DNA from: a virus
Lineage: Duplodnaviria > Caudoviricetes
IMG/VR virus record: IMGVR_UViG_3300037483_001358
Location: 1-26,521 of that record
Strand: one strand, 5' to 3'
DNA length: 26,521 nucleotides
This document shows, in pieces, positions 9,113 through 18,105 of this stretch; the stretch's first letter is position 1; the number at the start of each line of letters is the position of its first letter. Under the pieces are notes generated by a model. That model saw only the letters and a program-made list of their open reading frames with translations. It searched no databases and was not told the origin of the DNA. A program made the translations under genes and the position numbers.

Positions 9113-10268
9113 TTTGCTTGTTTCTCATGTCTGAGCGATCGGCGTCCATGTCTGGGGGGTGCGTGGGCTCCTGAACGGGGCGGATCATCAAAGCTTGCAT
9201 TCTTTGAACATAGGCGTCTGCGTCTTCGCGATTCAAGACTCGAGCGCCTCCAGTGGCTGACCTGCCGGGGTCCACGATTCGAGACGCCGCCGCAAGCTTC
9301 CTGCTTTGGCTGCGATAGCTTTCTTGAGCTTCTTTCGCGCGCCGAAAGTGCTCTTCAACAACTTTGTCATGCCAGTCTTTTTCTCCTGACAAAGCAGACG
9401 AAAGCTGGTCTGCGAGATCCTCCACGGACTCGGCCTTGAAGCGCCCTTCAACCACTGCGCGCCTCCCATCCGGAAGAGAAACAGTCCCCTCGTCAGACAC
9501 GAGATCTCTACCTTCAGACACGGCAATGTATTCGCGGAGAACCTTCATCTTGTTCTCCTCAAGCTCCTGCTGCTCGCGACTGCGACGAGCCTTGTCTTGT
9601 TCGTCGATAGAAATCATTCCTTTTCCAGCGAAGCACGATCCGATAAACTTCGCGTGGTTCCAAGAAACTTCCACCTCTTCTTTTCTATCTATGACCTCGT
9701 TCATCGCCATCCATGTCTGTTGACAATAGTTCATTCCCAGCTCAACAGTTCCAGGGATTCCGGTGGCTTCCACAGAGTGGACGGGAAGCTTTTTGAGATA
9801 CAACCACCTGTAGCGAGATCTATTTTCATGCGCGTACACCTCAACAAGTGGGTATAGCCTGTTCGCTCGCTTGTTGAGAAAATTCAAATTGTCAACAATT
9901 TTGTCTTGATACGCGGAGGGAATTTTTGAAACCAGCTCAATAAGTTTTTCAATATAATCAGGACGCTTGTGAAGCACATTCCTTCCCATTGCTATGAACA
10001 AACTGTAAGCTATGAAAGCAGCTTTGAAAGACCTTTCAGGGTCCGCAGATCGACGCAGATGCCAAATGTTCCTAATTTCTTGATGATTCAAGGTCTTGAA
10101 TACAAAATCCCTATTGAGAAATTTGGCAGGACTTGAGAGAAACCCCGTAAACAGGTATTCCTCCAAGTCTTTCCAAACTTTCTCGTCTACATCCCGATAA
10201 AGTTCAGGAACTTTTATCTGAATGCGGCGCTTAGTTGGGTCCACACTATTCGCGCCGTCCATGATCAC
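9105..10268 (-). CDS. Putative tail assembly chaperone II (start may be the ATG at 10262)
   Basis: Lies immediately upstream of the tape measure and overlaps both neighbours; FVFKTL..E...IAYSL pattern; charged helical C-terminus. Confidence 0.5.
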   Translation of the reverse strand: MIMDGANSVDPTKRRIQIKVPELYRDVDEKVWKDLEEYLFTGFLSSPAKFLNRDFVFKTLNHQEIRNIWHLRRSADPERSFKAAFIAYSLFIAMGRNVLHKRPDYIEKLIELVSKIPSAYQDKIVDNLNFLNKRANRLYPLVEVYAHENRSRYRWLYLKKLPVHSVEATGIPGTVELGMNYCQQTWMAMNEVIDRKEEVEVSWNHAKFIGSCFAGKGMISIDEQDKARRSREQQELEENKMKVLREYIAVSEGRDLVSDEGTVSLPDGRRAVVEGRFKAESVEDLADQLSSALSGEKDWHDKVVEEHFRRAKEAQESYRSQSRKLAAASRIVDPGRSATGGARVLNREDADAYVQRMQALMIRPVQEPTHPPDMDADRSDMRNKQNG

Positions 10269-11149
10269 CCCGATTTGAATCTAGGATTTACGCTTTGATG
10301 GACTGGGTCTATCTGAATGGCCAGATTCGATTCTTTTACTGGGCGCCGTTCAATCACATCACTGTTTTGTCCAACGACGTATGGCTTGTCTGGACTGCTC
10401 GTAGATCCTTCAATCGGCAAAGATTTGGCGAAAGCTTCTGCCGTCGGAACACTCGGAACACTCGGAACACTCGGAACACGTGCGGGAACGTTGACCGGAA
10501 CAGCCTCAGGAGCAGAGGTCGGAAGTTTTCGGAACGGGTTGAACGCCGGTTCTTCTTCAACTTCGTTTTTTTCTTCAGGCTTTTCCCTGGGTTTTTTCTC
10601 AGGCTTTTCCTCGTCTTCATCCTTCATTTCAACAAGACTCGGCATGCCAAGCTCAAAACGAAGTTCATGAACCTTTTCTTCCAGTTCAGCCAGCTCTTCT
10701 CTCTGATCTTTTGCGTTCTCAAACTTGACTTCCTTCAGATTTTCCTTCCTGATGGACTCAAGAATGTCGGAAAAAACAGCAAACGCAGAGTCTACCCACT
10801 CTGTTCCCCATTCGCCCATTTTGGTATACAAATACTTGTGAAGAGCGACTTTCACACTCTTCTTTTCTCGATGGTCAAACACAGGAAACTGTGGAGTCTC
10901 ATTCCTGTATGGACGCAAGTCAAACCCGTCAAACCCAACAATTGCGTATGAAATTGTAGTGCGCTTGATTTCTGCGATCACATTTGACCCGAGACTTTCA
11001 TTCGTCAACAGCTCATTGATTTTGTGCTGACTGTTGAACGGAACCGGGGAAAGCCAAACTGTGTGGTCCCCAATCTTTCGTTCCCAATATTTGTCGGCGC
11101 CCACGCTAGTGAGCGCCTCGTCAAGTTGACTGAAAAAATTTTCGTCCAT
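10265..11149 (-). CDS. Putative tail assembly chaperone I
   Basis: Directly downstream of the tube gene; acidic; ISYAIVGFDG pattern, coiled coil and Pro/Glu-rich tail. Confidence 0.5.
   Translation of the reverse strand: MDENFFSQLDEALTSVGADKYWERKIGDHTVWLSPVPFNSQHKINELLTNESLGSNVIAEIKRTTISYAIVGFDGFDLRPYRNETPQFPVFDHREKKSVKVALHKYLYTKMGEWGTEWVDSAFAVFSDILESIRKENLKEVKFENAKDQREELAELEEKVHELRFELGMPSLVEMKDEDEEKPEKKPREKPEEKNEVEEEPAFNPFRKLPTSAPEAVPVNVPARVPSVPSVPSVPTAEAFAKSLPIEGSTSSPDKPYVVGQNSDVIERRPVKESNLAIQIDPVHQSVNPRFKSG
10444..10479. repeat. In-frame 9-bp tandem repeat x4 (TCGGAACAC) encoding VPSVPSVPSVP
   Basis: Four exact copies at 10444, 10453, 10462 and 10471. Confidence 0.95.
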
Positions 11150-11210
11150 GCTTTACCAACCGGGTTGAATGTTCACGTCAACCCTACCGGCAAAACAGAC
11201 GCTAGATGGG

Positions 11211-11894
11211 CTAACCGTTGGAGCCAGTAAACAGAATTGACCCGCCTTCATCAGCGATGAACGGACTGTTTCCGGACTGAATCGAATCGTTGTAGAACTG
11301 CGGCACGTTGCTGACGCCGTCAGTGATGTCCATGGCAGTGGCTGAACAATTCTCCAAAACAATGGCCGAATCTGCCGGAAAACTGATGGAAATATTGTTG
11401 AGCCAGCATCCTTGGAAGAATGTTGTCAAACACGCCTGAGAGTCCAGCGCGGAAGTTTGCGCAGGAACACCCTGCGCAAACGGAGCCAATTGTCCGCCCT
11501 TCGTCACCAACTCAGAAAACACCAACTCAGACATGATGTCGAATGGCCATTTGTGATGACGAAGAGATCTGACAAGACCATCAACTCCCCCTCGGTATCC
11601 AAGCTCCTGCATCAAGCCAGAAGTGTATAGCAGAGTTCGGTTCAACGTCAGCGTCGCTGGCTCAGTCACGCTCGGGACAAGCTCCTGAACACGGTCCCCA
11701 AAGCCAACGCCGCGCACCGGGTCAATGGTTCTGGACTCAGACCAGTCAAAAGTTGACAAAACGCCAACTTGCAACCACTTTGTTTTGGCGCCAAACGGTT
11801 TGGAAAACACGCGATTTTTCTGACTCAAAGCAACGCGCGTTTGGGGGGCGGCCCCCTTCCAATATATCGAGTCGGGGGATTCTTGTTGTCGCAT
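11211..11894 (-). CDS. Tail tube protein
   Basis: VGVLSTFDWSESRTIDPVRGVG...ELVP....TLTLNRTLLY...SL.HH..PFDI...T.FQGCW...SISF.AD..IV.EN is typical of myovirus tubes; strong SD; precedes the chaperones and tape measure. Confidence 0.8.
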   Translation of the reverse strand: MRQQESPDSIYWKGAAPQTRVALSQKNRVFSKPFGAKTKWLQVGVLSTFDWSESRTIDPVRGVGFGDRVQELVPSVTEPATLTLNRTLLYTSGLMQELGYRGGVDGLVRSLRHHKWPFDIMSELVFSELVTKGGQLAPFAQGVPAQTSALDSQACLTTFFQGCWLNNISISFPADSAIVLENCSATAMDITDGVSNVPQFYNDSIQSGNSPFIADEGGSILFTGSNG

Positions 11895-11903
11895 GGCTAG
11901 TAG

Positions 11904-11909
11904 CTCCTA
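11904..11909 (-). promoter_or_regulatory. Shine-Dalgarno site (TAGGAG) of the tail tube gene
   Basis: TAGGAG, 9 nt before the ATG at 11894. Confidence 0.75.
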
Positions 11910-11985
11910 ACAAAGTTGGCTCTATCAAAATTGCAATAAATGATCAAATTATTCTGATCACCCTATCAGAAACGTAAAATAAATC

Positions 11986-13548
11986 ATGCCACGACAAAGG
12001 ACAGAGTCACAAAAACTTGCGCGCAAACGGTCCGACGCGCTCCTCATCAACCAATGGAAAACGTTCAGGTTGGCGCATCTTGATGATCCGCAAACATGTA
12101 GAAAATGCGGCGATGAAAAGAAGTTAAAAGATTTCTGCCCTAGTTACGGTCAACGCATGACATGCAGAACCTGCATCAATCAGCAAACGAAAAAATGGAG
12201 ACATGAAAATTCGACAGTGAGCAACCAAATATCTGCTCGATCTTTTCAAAAATCGTCCAGGTTCATTGCGTCACACAAACAGTCAAAATGTGCCAGATGC
12301 GGGGGCCAGTATCCAGCATGCGCCATGGACTTTCACCACATAGATAGAAACAATAAAATTATGGCAGTTTCCAAGTTGTATCAGCGCAGCAAGTCTAGAG
12401 TTGATCAAGAAGTGGCAAAATGTGTGTTGATCTGTGCTAACTGCCATCGAGATGTGACTCACGAGGAAGAACACAAAATACCAGTTCTAAAAAACCGCAG
12501 AGAACACCAGGAAGTAGAGGATGTTCCGATCGTTCAAGGGTGTGCTCGCAAAACATGTTCCCAATGCCACGACACCAAGCATGAAGACAACTTCACTCTT
12601 CTAAAAACAGGATATAGACACAGTTTTTGCAAACGCTGCTTGCGACAGCGCAACAACAAGTATGCGTCATCGAGAAGAGCGTCAGGCAAAAAACGTTTAG
12701 GCAAAGAATATATAATTTCTCAGAAAGACAACAAAACATGCGCAGACTGTGGAATGACATTCAGATATTGGGTGTTTGACTTTGACCATAAGGGTGGCAA
12801 AACGTGCAATGTGGCGAATTTGCAAAATCGCAGCTTAGACGCCATAAAACAAGAGATAGCCAAATGCGACCTGGTATGCGCCTGTTGCCATAGAATCAGA
12901 ACGTTGCGACGCAAAATGCTAGCAGCCATGTCCACAACCAACAGTGGCGGCCCTGATGAAGAACACCAGCAGATCAATGTGGACATCAACAACATTCGAG
13001 TTGCTGTGGGCGACACGACAGCGTGCAAACAGCTTCTCAACAAATACCATTATGCCAGATTCGGACGTGCCGCCTCCGTTATTTACCAGGTTGTCATGCC
13101 CGACAACCATATTATTGCTGTGGTGAAGTTTTCTCCAGTGGTGCGCAAAGAAGTGGCCACATCGGAAGGATTGGAACAGTTTGAAGTTCTTGAGCTTGAC
13201 AGATTTTTGATAGTTCCGGGCGCAGCCGCAGAAAACCTTGGCTCAAAAATAATGTCAACAGTCATTCAAACCATAAAGAAAACGAAACCAAACATCACTG
13301 CTTTGGTATCTTTTGCGGACCCCGCACACGGTCACACTGGAGGATTGTATAAAGCCTCAAATTGGAAATTTCTCGGAACTGGGGCGAAATCGTATTATTA
13401 TCGCTCAGAGACTGGCGACGAAGTCAATAAAAAAACTTTGTACAACGCTGCGAAAAGAAGAGGTATGCGAGAGAAGGAGTATGCGGCGAATCTGGCGCTT
13501 TCGAAAATACAAACTCCCGGGAAACACAAATTCATCTATTGGCTTTAA
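11986..13548 (+). CDS. Tandem Zn-finger/HNH endonuclease fused to a Mom-family (GNAT) DNA-modification-like domain
   Basis: Two HNH units (C..CG...DFHH/DFDH...K...E(V/I)AKC.L.CA.CHR), each preceded by a CxxC...CxxC finger. C-terminal YHY...AVVKFS...LELDRF...NLGS...LVSFADPAHGHTGGLYKASNWKFLG. Confidence 0.8.
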   Translation: MPRQRTESQKLARKRSDALLINQWKTFRLAHLDDPQTCRKCGDEKKLKDFCPSYGQRMTCRTCINQQTKKWRHENSTVSNQISARSFQKSSRFIASHKQSKCARCGGQYPACAMDFHHIDRNNKIMAVSKLYQRSKSRVDQEVAKCVLICANCHRDVTHEEEHKIPVLKNRREHQEVEDVPIVQGCARKTCSQCHDTKHEDNFTLLKTGYRHSFCKRCLRQRNNKYASSRRASGKKRLGKEYIISQKDNKTCADCGMTFRYWVFDFDHKGGKTCNVANLQNRSLDAIKQEIAKCDLVCACCHRIRTLRRKMLAAMSTTNSGGPDEEHQQINVDINNIRVAVGDTTACKQLLNKYHYARFGRAASVIYQVVMPDNHIIAVVKFSPVVRKEVATSEGLEQFEVLELDRFLIVPGAAAENLGSKIMSTVIQTIKKTKPNITALVSFADPAHGHTGGLYKASNWKFLGTGAKSYYYRSETGDEVNKKTLYNAAKRRGMREKEYAANLALSKIQTPGKHKFIYWL

Positions 13549-14540
13549 ACAGCGATGCGACCTGCGATCCTTTCCAACATGTGCGAGGTGACATAGCTGC
13601 CCGGACCGATGTGACGCACATTTCCCGCCACTCGACGGGCAATCGATGCCAGCTTAGCTTCTGCTTCCGGCACGTCTCCGGCGGCCTTCTGTGCCCATTC
13701 CTCGCCATTCAGCTCAAAAACCGCGCACCAATACCCTTCTATGGCCAAAAAGCCCGAGAAACGGGCGTCCTTTGCCATGGCTGGCGGCACATTTTCCACC
13801 AGCCAGGTCCCGTCTGGTTGAAGATGGAAAGCCGGACCTGGCTGAAGCCTTATATCATCGGAGTCAGAAGCTATCTTGTTTTTTCTCAAATGGCTCATGG
13901 CCGTATCAAATATGGCTTTGCTGCCTGCTTGCAAAAACCACTCGTCCCCATCTTTCGCAAACAAGCATTTAGGGGATTTTTGATAAACGACCGCTCCCTG
14001 ACCATCAGGTTTGATCTTCACATCATAAGTCCGTCCTTGAAAGGAGAACTTTCCTTCATAAGCCCACTTCGACGAAGTGTGAGTTTTAACCGTTATGAAA
14101 GAAAGACGATCGGCTCTCGACGATTCCAGGTGTTTCACCAATTTGACGTCAAATGAAGAGCTAGCCACGATGTCTCTCCTGTCGATGTTCCACAAAACAA
14201 CATCTGTCGGTTCAATTTCGACGTTTTCAATTTTCTTCCACGAGTAGCCGCCGCCAGTCTCGTAGACGCCCGGAGGAATGTCCACCCCGACAGCTTCCAC
14301 GTTGTCGACAATGATCAACCACGCATGATCGTCGCCGTCGTGCCCTCCATCCACGATGTCAACGTCAACAACAGAGTTTCCAATCACGTCGGCCATGGCC
14401 TGAGACACTAGATCGCAGACGCCACCGTTCCCGAGGTCTTCATTGAAGCCTTCTTCGTTTTGAATCCACTCGTCCACAACAAGTTGGGCTGCCTGCGCGA
14501 GGTCAGAACGCAACTTTCCAAGTTTTTGAAGAAGCGACAT
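13545..14540 (-). CDS. Multidomain hypothetical protein with an N-terminal transglutaminase-like Cys-His-Asp motif
   Basis: Start moved to the ATG at 14540 to avoid the overlap with 14572..15102. GVC42D...H72AW...VD87IP. Confidence 0.55.
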   Translation of the reverse strand: MSLLQKLGKLRSDLAQAAQLVVDEWIQNEEGFNEDLGNGGVCDLVSQAMADVIGNSVVDVDIVDGGHDGDDHAWLIIVDNVEAVGVDIPPGVYETGGGYSWKKIENVEIEPTDVVLWNIDRRDIVASSSFDVKLVKHLESSRADRLSFITVKTHTSSKWAYEGKFSFQGRTYDVKIKPDGQGAVVYQKSPKCLFAKDGDEWFLQAGSKAIFDTAMSHLRKNKIASDSDDIRLQPGPAFHLQPDGTWLVENVPPAMAKDARFSGFLAIEGYWCAVFELNGEEWAQKAAGDVPEAEAKLASIARRVAGNVRHIGPGSYVTSHMLERIAGRIAV

Positions 14541-14571
14541 CAACAAAACATCGCAAAAAAAAGACTGATGG

Positions 14572-15102
14572 CTAGCCAACGTCCGGGGCGCCGTGGCCAC
14601 CCTTCCCGCGTCGTCCAAAGTAGTAGCTGCTATTGCTTGACTGATTGCCGTACAAAGAATGGACTGCCTTTTCGATCTGTTCGAGCGGCTTGTCCAAATC
14701 TTGCACAGTGTCAATGTCCTTGAACACTCCAGCCACCTTGCTGACAATCGCTGAAATGCGGGGACGCACGGCTGCGTTTTGCGGCCGTTGGGCCAAAAGC
14801 GCAGCGTGGCGAAGTCCATCAAGAACTGCAACCATGCGGCCGTAGTTCGTTGCTGGGCGCACCGCGGAGGCTCTCATTTGATCGATCTGTTCGACAACCG
14901 CGTCGACCGGCGGATTGTCGACAACAAATTCACTGTGCGCAGGGGCCACCTGACGTTCACTGACTGGCTCCAAAGCGGTCCGTATCTGCTTCGTCAAAGC
15001 AAATACCTCCTGGACGCGCTTGCTGACAACGTGGTTGACTGGATTGGTGGCGGCCAATCGGTTGACGGATTCAACAAGTTCTCGAACCAAGTTTTCGTTC
15101 AT
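14572..15102 (-). CDS. Hypothetical helical protein, possibly virion-associated
   Basis: 176-aa ORF with a GAGAGG SD-like site, co-oriented with the structural genes, amphipathic helices. Confidence 0.65.
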   Translation of the reverse strand: MNENLVRELVESVNRLAATNPVNHVVSKRVQEVFALTKQIRTALEPVSERQVAPAHSEFVVDNPPVDAVVEQIDQMRASAVRPATNYGRMVAVLDGLRHAALLAQRPQNAAVRPRISAIVSKVAGVFKDIDTVQDLDKPLEQIEKAVHSLYGNQSSNSSYYFGRRGKGGHGAPDVG

Positions 15103-15143
15103 GAGCAGACCTCTCAGTTATTGAGTCATAAGGCTTTGAAAAC

Positions 15144-16598
15144 TCAAGAAACCACGATTTCAGCCTGTGTTTTCTTTCGCGAAGCCCTCCCAATTTTGTA
15201 GTTTCGCACAACTTGTTCAGCAGAAGCGTTCAAATCGTCAGCGCTAAACAAAACGCCACCTTTCACAAAATTTCCTCGAGCAACTGCGCGGATCACGGTG
15301 GCGTTGACAAGCTCTTTGATATAGGCCCCCGTCAGCCCGTCAGTCATGTCAACAACAGTTTTCAGCGTGTCTTTTGTCACTGACGAGTCTGGTTTAGCGT
15401 TCACGCGCAAAAGGAACAAAGAGAGCATTTTGCTCCTGTCAAATTCGTCTGGATGCGGGATTTCAATTTTGACATCAAATCTTCCAGGCCTGTCAACAAG
15501 AGCTTCATCCATGGACTGGATGTCGTTTGTCGACGCCATAATGATGATGCCGGAGTTTTGGTGCATCCCGTCAAGACAAGCCAAAAACTCGTTCAACACA
15601 TGGCTTTCGTGTCCAGAAAGCTGCCCCCGGTTTCTTCCGAACAGGTCCATGTCTTCGATAAAAACTATGCATGGAGCCAAAGACCGCGCTGCTTCAAACA
15701 GCGATGTCACGTCTGACGCGTCTTGGATCGATTTCCCAGTGCACCAAATGCGCGTGGCTTGTTCAGTCTCATGAGATATTGCCCTGAATATTGTTGTTTT
15801 TGCCATCCCGGGAGGTGAGATCAAAATCATGTTTCGGCTAGGAACCATGCCTATGGCCGAAAGCTTATCCATGTTTTCGATAACGCCTATGGAATTGTCG
15901 CGAATTTCTTGAATGACCCCTGGTTTTAGAACAATATCGTTCCATTCAGTGTCGCGAATCGAAGTAAATCCGAGGAATCCGCGCAAAAACGTCAGACATT
16001 GTTTATAGTATATGTCGTTTTCTTCAATGCTCATGTCGAGACTGCGCAAAAACTTTTCCGCTGACATTTTTGCGCTTGGAGAAGCCATGACAACAACTGT
16101 GCAGGCGTTAAATTCATGTCCAAAGTCCACCTTGACGATTATTTTTGCCCCAGTTTCGTCAGATACGAAAAACGTTCCGAAAACCGGAAGCATGACAGAA
16201 GAAGTCTGACTTATTTGAACTGGTTCTTGCTGAATTCGGTATTCATACGAACTCTTCACCGCATTTTTCCATTTGTATGTGTCCAAAAATGGAACGACGC
16301 TATACCGACCATCTTCAAACATTTTTGCGAAAGCCCACGCGTTTTTGGCTTTCGCAAAAAACGGGTACGCACGATTCAACGACACAGCTTTATGGATTTC
16401 ACACCCAATCCACATTTCTTTGACGTGCGTATTTGGGTCAACGGGAGAATCGTCCATGCTTCGGGCAGTCAACTCAGCCTGTTTGCTAAAGAAACTGTCC
16501 AAGAAATAATTTACGGCCCCGGCAATCTGACCTGGTATGCTGTACTCTTTGACAGGCAAAGACTGAAGATATGCCGAAATTTTGTTCATGGAACCCAT
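15144..16598 (-). CDS. AAA+ ATPase (classical FtsH/CDC48-like AAA module, no protease domain)
   Basis: Walker A-like SPPGMAKT, Walker B IVFIED, LNEFLACLDG, ASTN, SRH DEALVDRPGRFD, GLTGAYIKEL. Confidence 0.9.
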   Translation of the reverse strand: MGSMNKISAYLQSLPVKEYSIPGQIAGAVNYFLDSFFSKQAELTARSMDDSPVDPNTHVKEMWIGCEIHKAVSLNRAYPFFAKAKNAWAFAKMFEDGRYSVVPFLDTYKWKNAVKSSYEYRIQQEPVQISQTSSVMLPVFGTFFVSDETGAKIIVKVDFGHEFNACTVVVMASPSAKMSAEKFLRSLDMSIEENDIYYKQCLTFLRGFLGFTSIRDTEWNDIVLKPGVIQEIRDNSIGVIENMDKLSAIGMVPSRNMILISPPGMAKTTIFRAISHETEQATRIWCTGKSIQDASDVTSLFEAARSLAPCIVFIEDMDLFGRNRGQLSGHESHVLNEFLACLDGMHQNSGIIIMASTNDIQSMDEALVDRPGRFDVKIEIPHPDEFDRSKMLSLFLLRVNAKPDSSVTKDTLKTVVDMTDGLTGAYIKELVNATVIRAVARGNFVKGGVLFSADDLNASAEQVVRNYKIGRASRKKTQAEIVVS

Positions 16599-16644
16599 GT
16601 GTAACTTTCAACAAAAGAGGTTTATGCTAGTGTAAGATTACGCC

Positions 16645-16929
16645 ATGCCATGGATTGCCTTTTGGAGCGGAACAAGATCGTCTGAAAAAGACGATGTCAA
16701 GTATTTTTGGCATGATTTTGTTCCGTCAAAGAACGAATTGGAAGACACAGCCCATGAGCTCGTTCCAGCGTGGCTGTCGATGTCAGAACGATACTATTGC
16801 GGATACGACATTGTCGAAACGCTTCCTGACAAGGTCAGAAACGAACTCCTCAAAAAGTATGAAGGACAAAAAAGGCACGCGGAAAAAATGATTGAGCTCT
16901 TGAAAATAACAGAAGTCATGGAGGGATGA
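16645..16929 (+). CDS. Small hypothetical protein
   Basis: 94 aa, first gene of a tightly packed plus-strand cluster; TAAGAT 6 nt upstream; ATGA overlap with the next gene. Confidence 0.7.
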   Translation: MPWIAFWSGTRSSEKDDVKYFWHDFVPSKNELEDTAHELVPAWLSMSERYYCGYDIVETLPDKVRNELLKKYEGQKRHAEKMIELLKITEVMEG

Positions 16930-17147
16930 TGAATTTTAACGATGCGGTGAAAACTGGGAACCCTATTTTTGAGGAAAACGATGGGTGGTACTTTTCTGAT
17001 GAAGTCTGGAGCAGCGCCCTGGGTCCGTTTGATTCCAAAGAACTGGCAGAAAAGGCGTGTTCAAGATACGTTTCCATGGTGCTAGACAGCGGACAAGATC
17101 CATACCCAGAGCTTGCGGAGACGGTGGCGAAGCTCAAGTGGACATGA
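16926..17147 (+). CDS. Small hypothetical protein (GWYF.DE.W....GPF.S.E.A motif)
   Basis: 73 aa, coupled to the upstream gene, GGAGG upstream; the motif resembles small phage hypotheticals. Confidence 0.7.
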   Translation: MMNFNDAVKTGNPIFEENDGWYFSDEVWSSALGPFDSKELAEKACSRYVSMVLDSGQDPYPELAETVAKLKWT

Positions 17148-17184
17148 TGGTGAAAATCCAAGAAGTTTTCGAGTAAACCAAAGC

Positions 17185-17502
17185 ATGACCCCGAAAATTG
17201 TAGCAAAAATGTACCGACTGAAAATGCTCTCGGATGTGCGGGAATTTGTTGAAAGTCTGCCATTCAATGTGACTGAGCGACAAGTTGACCACTGCATATA
17301 TTCAGGAACAGGAGAAGTTGACACGGGAATGAGCAAGTTTCCGACTGTCGTCCAAATTGTGAGAAACGACGACGGAATTTTTTTTGCTATCGTGAAATCG
17401 CCAAAAGCCGGAATCATGGAAGAGTTTCCATTCGGCACCGACGACCAGAGGAAAAAAGCAGCCGAAGCAGTCCAAGCGTTGATGTTTAAATATCTGAACT
17501 AG
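17185..17502 (+). CDS. Small hypothetical protein
   Basis: In-frame ATG at 17185 within ORF 17113..17502; fits the cluster packing. Confidence 0.6.
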   Translation: MTPKIVAKMYRLKMLSDVREFVESLPFNVTERQVDHCIYSGTGEVDTGMSKFPTVVQIVRNDDGIFFAIVKSPKAGIMEEFPFGTDDQRKKAAEAVQALMFKYLN

Positions 17503-17545
17503 CTGCCAACAAACATGGCTTGAGTGCCAATCCAAAAGAAGTAGT

Positions 17546-17818
17546 ATGAGCAACATCCCCTATTGGCCAGAGAATGCGAAAGGCATGGTCAAGTTTGTCT
17601 GTCACAACTTTGTCTACGCAAAAGATGGCGAAGAGGGTGGGGTACAGCTCACGACTGAAGAGAACGTCAAGAAGCTAATCGCTGATGGTTTCATGAGCAA
17701 AGACTCGGAGCTGCTCTTTGAGTTCGAAGCAGGAAGCTGGGTTGAAGCCATGCAGGAATATAACAGACGGTTGGGGCACGGCCCGTATGTTCCCATGGGT
17801 ATTCCGAAAGATAAATGA
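17546..17818 (+). CDS. Small hypothetical protein
   Basis: 90 aa, FEA.SW.EAM..Y...LG.GPY.PM motif; ATGA overlap with the next gene. Confidence 0.7.
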   Translation: MSNIPYWPENAKGMVKFVCHNFVYAKDGEEGGVQLTTEENVKKLIADGFMSKDSELLFEFEAGSWVEAMQEYNRRLGHGPYVPMGIPKDK

Positions 17819-18081
17819 AAGCTAAGATTACTTATCGCATGGCGCGGATTGTACACCCTTGGGACGCCAACCGTCGCAAAGAAATGGAAGAGGCGTGGTG
17901 TCTGATGAAAACCGTCACTCCGGAGTATGGAAATCCGACAGAGGAGCCAGTTGCTCTATTTAATCTTGACTCAGAGGCCATAACGTTTCAGGGCCATTTG
18001 TTAGCTTGCGCGGGACCGGAGTCTCCGATCGAGCCCGACGCGGGTGTCGCGCGGTTTCTGACCCATACGAAAACCCAGTAA
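17815..18081 (+). CDS. Small hypothetical protein
   Basis: 88 aa, translationally coupled to the upstream gene. Confidence 0.65.
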   Translation: MKAKITYRMARIVHPWDANRRKEMEEAWCLMKTVTPEYGNPTEEPVALFNLDSEAITFQGHLLACAGPESPIEPDAGVARFLTHTKTQ

Positions 18082-18105
18082 CCGCGCGAAAACGTAGGGA
18101 AAATC

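Noticed and set aside
10265-10620. Lambda G/GT-style -1 frameshift fusing the two chaperone genes (A-AAA-AAC near 10565)
   Set aside because: The -1 frame has a TAG about five codons before the second gene's start, so slippage there cannot produce a fusion.
11941-11960. Near-palindrome TGATCAAATTATTCTGATCA between the divergent tube and HNH-Mom genes
   Set aside because: Single imperfect AT-rich instance; it could be an operator but has no supporting copy.
14541-14831. N-terminal extension of the 428-aa ORF
   Set aside because: It overlaps the better-supported 14572..15102 gene in another frame; the ATG at 14540 fits the gene packing.
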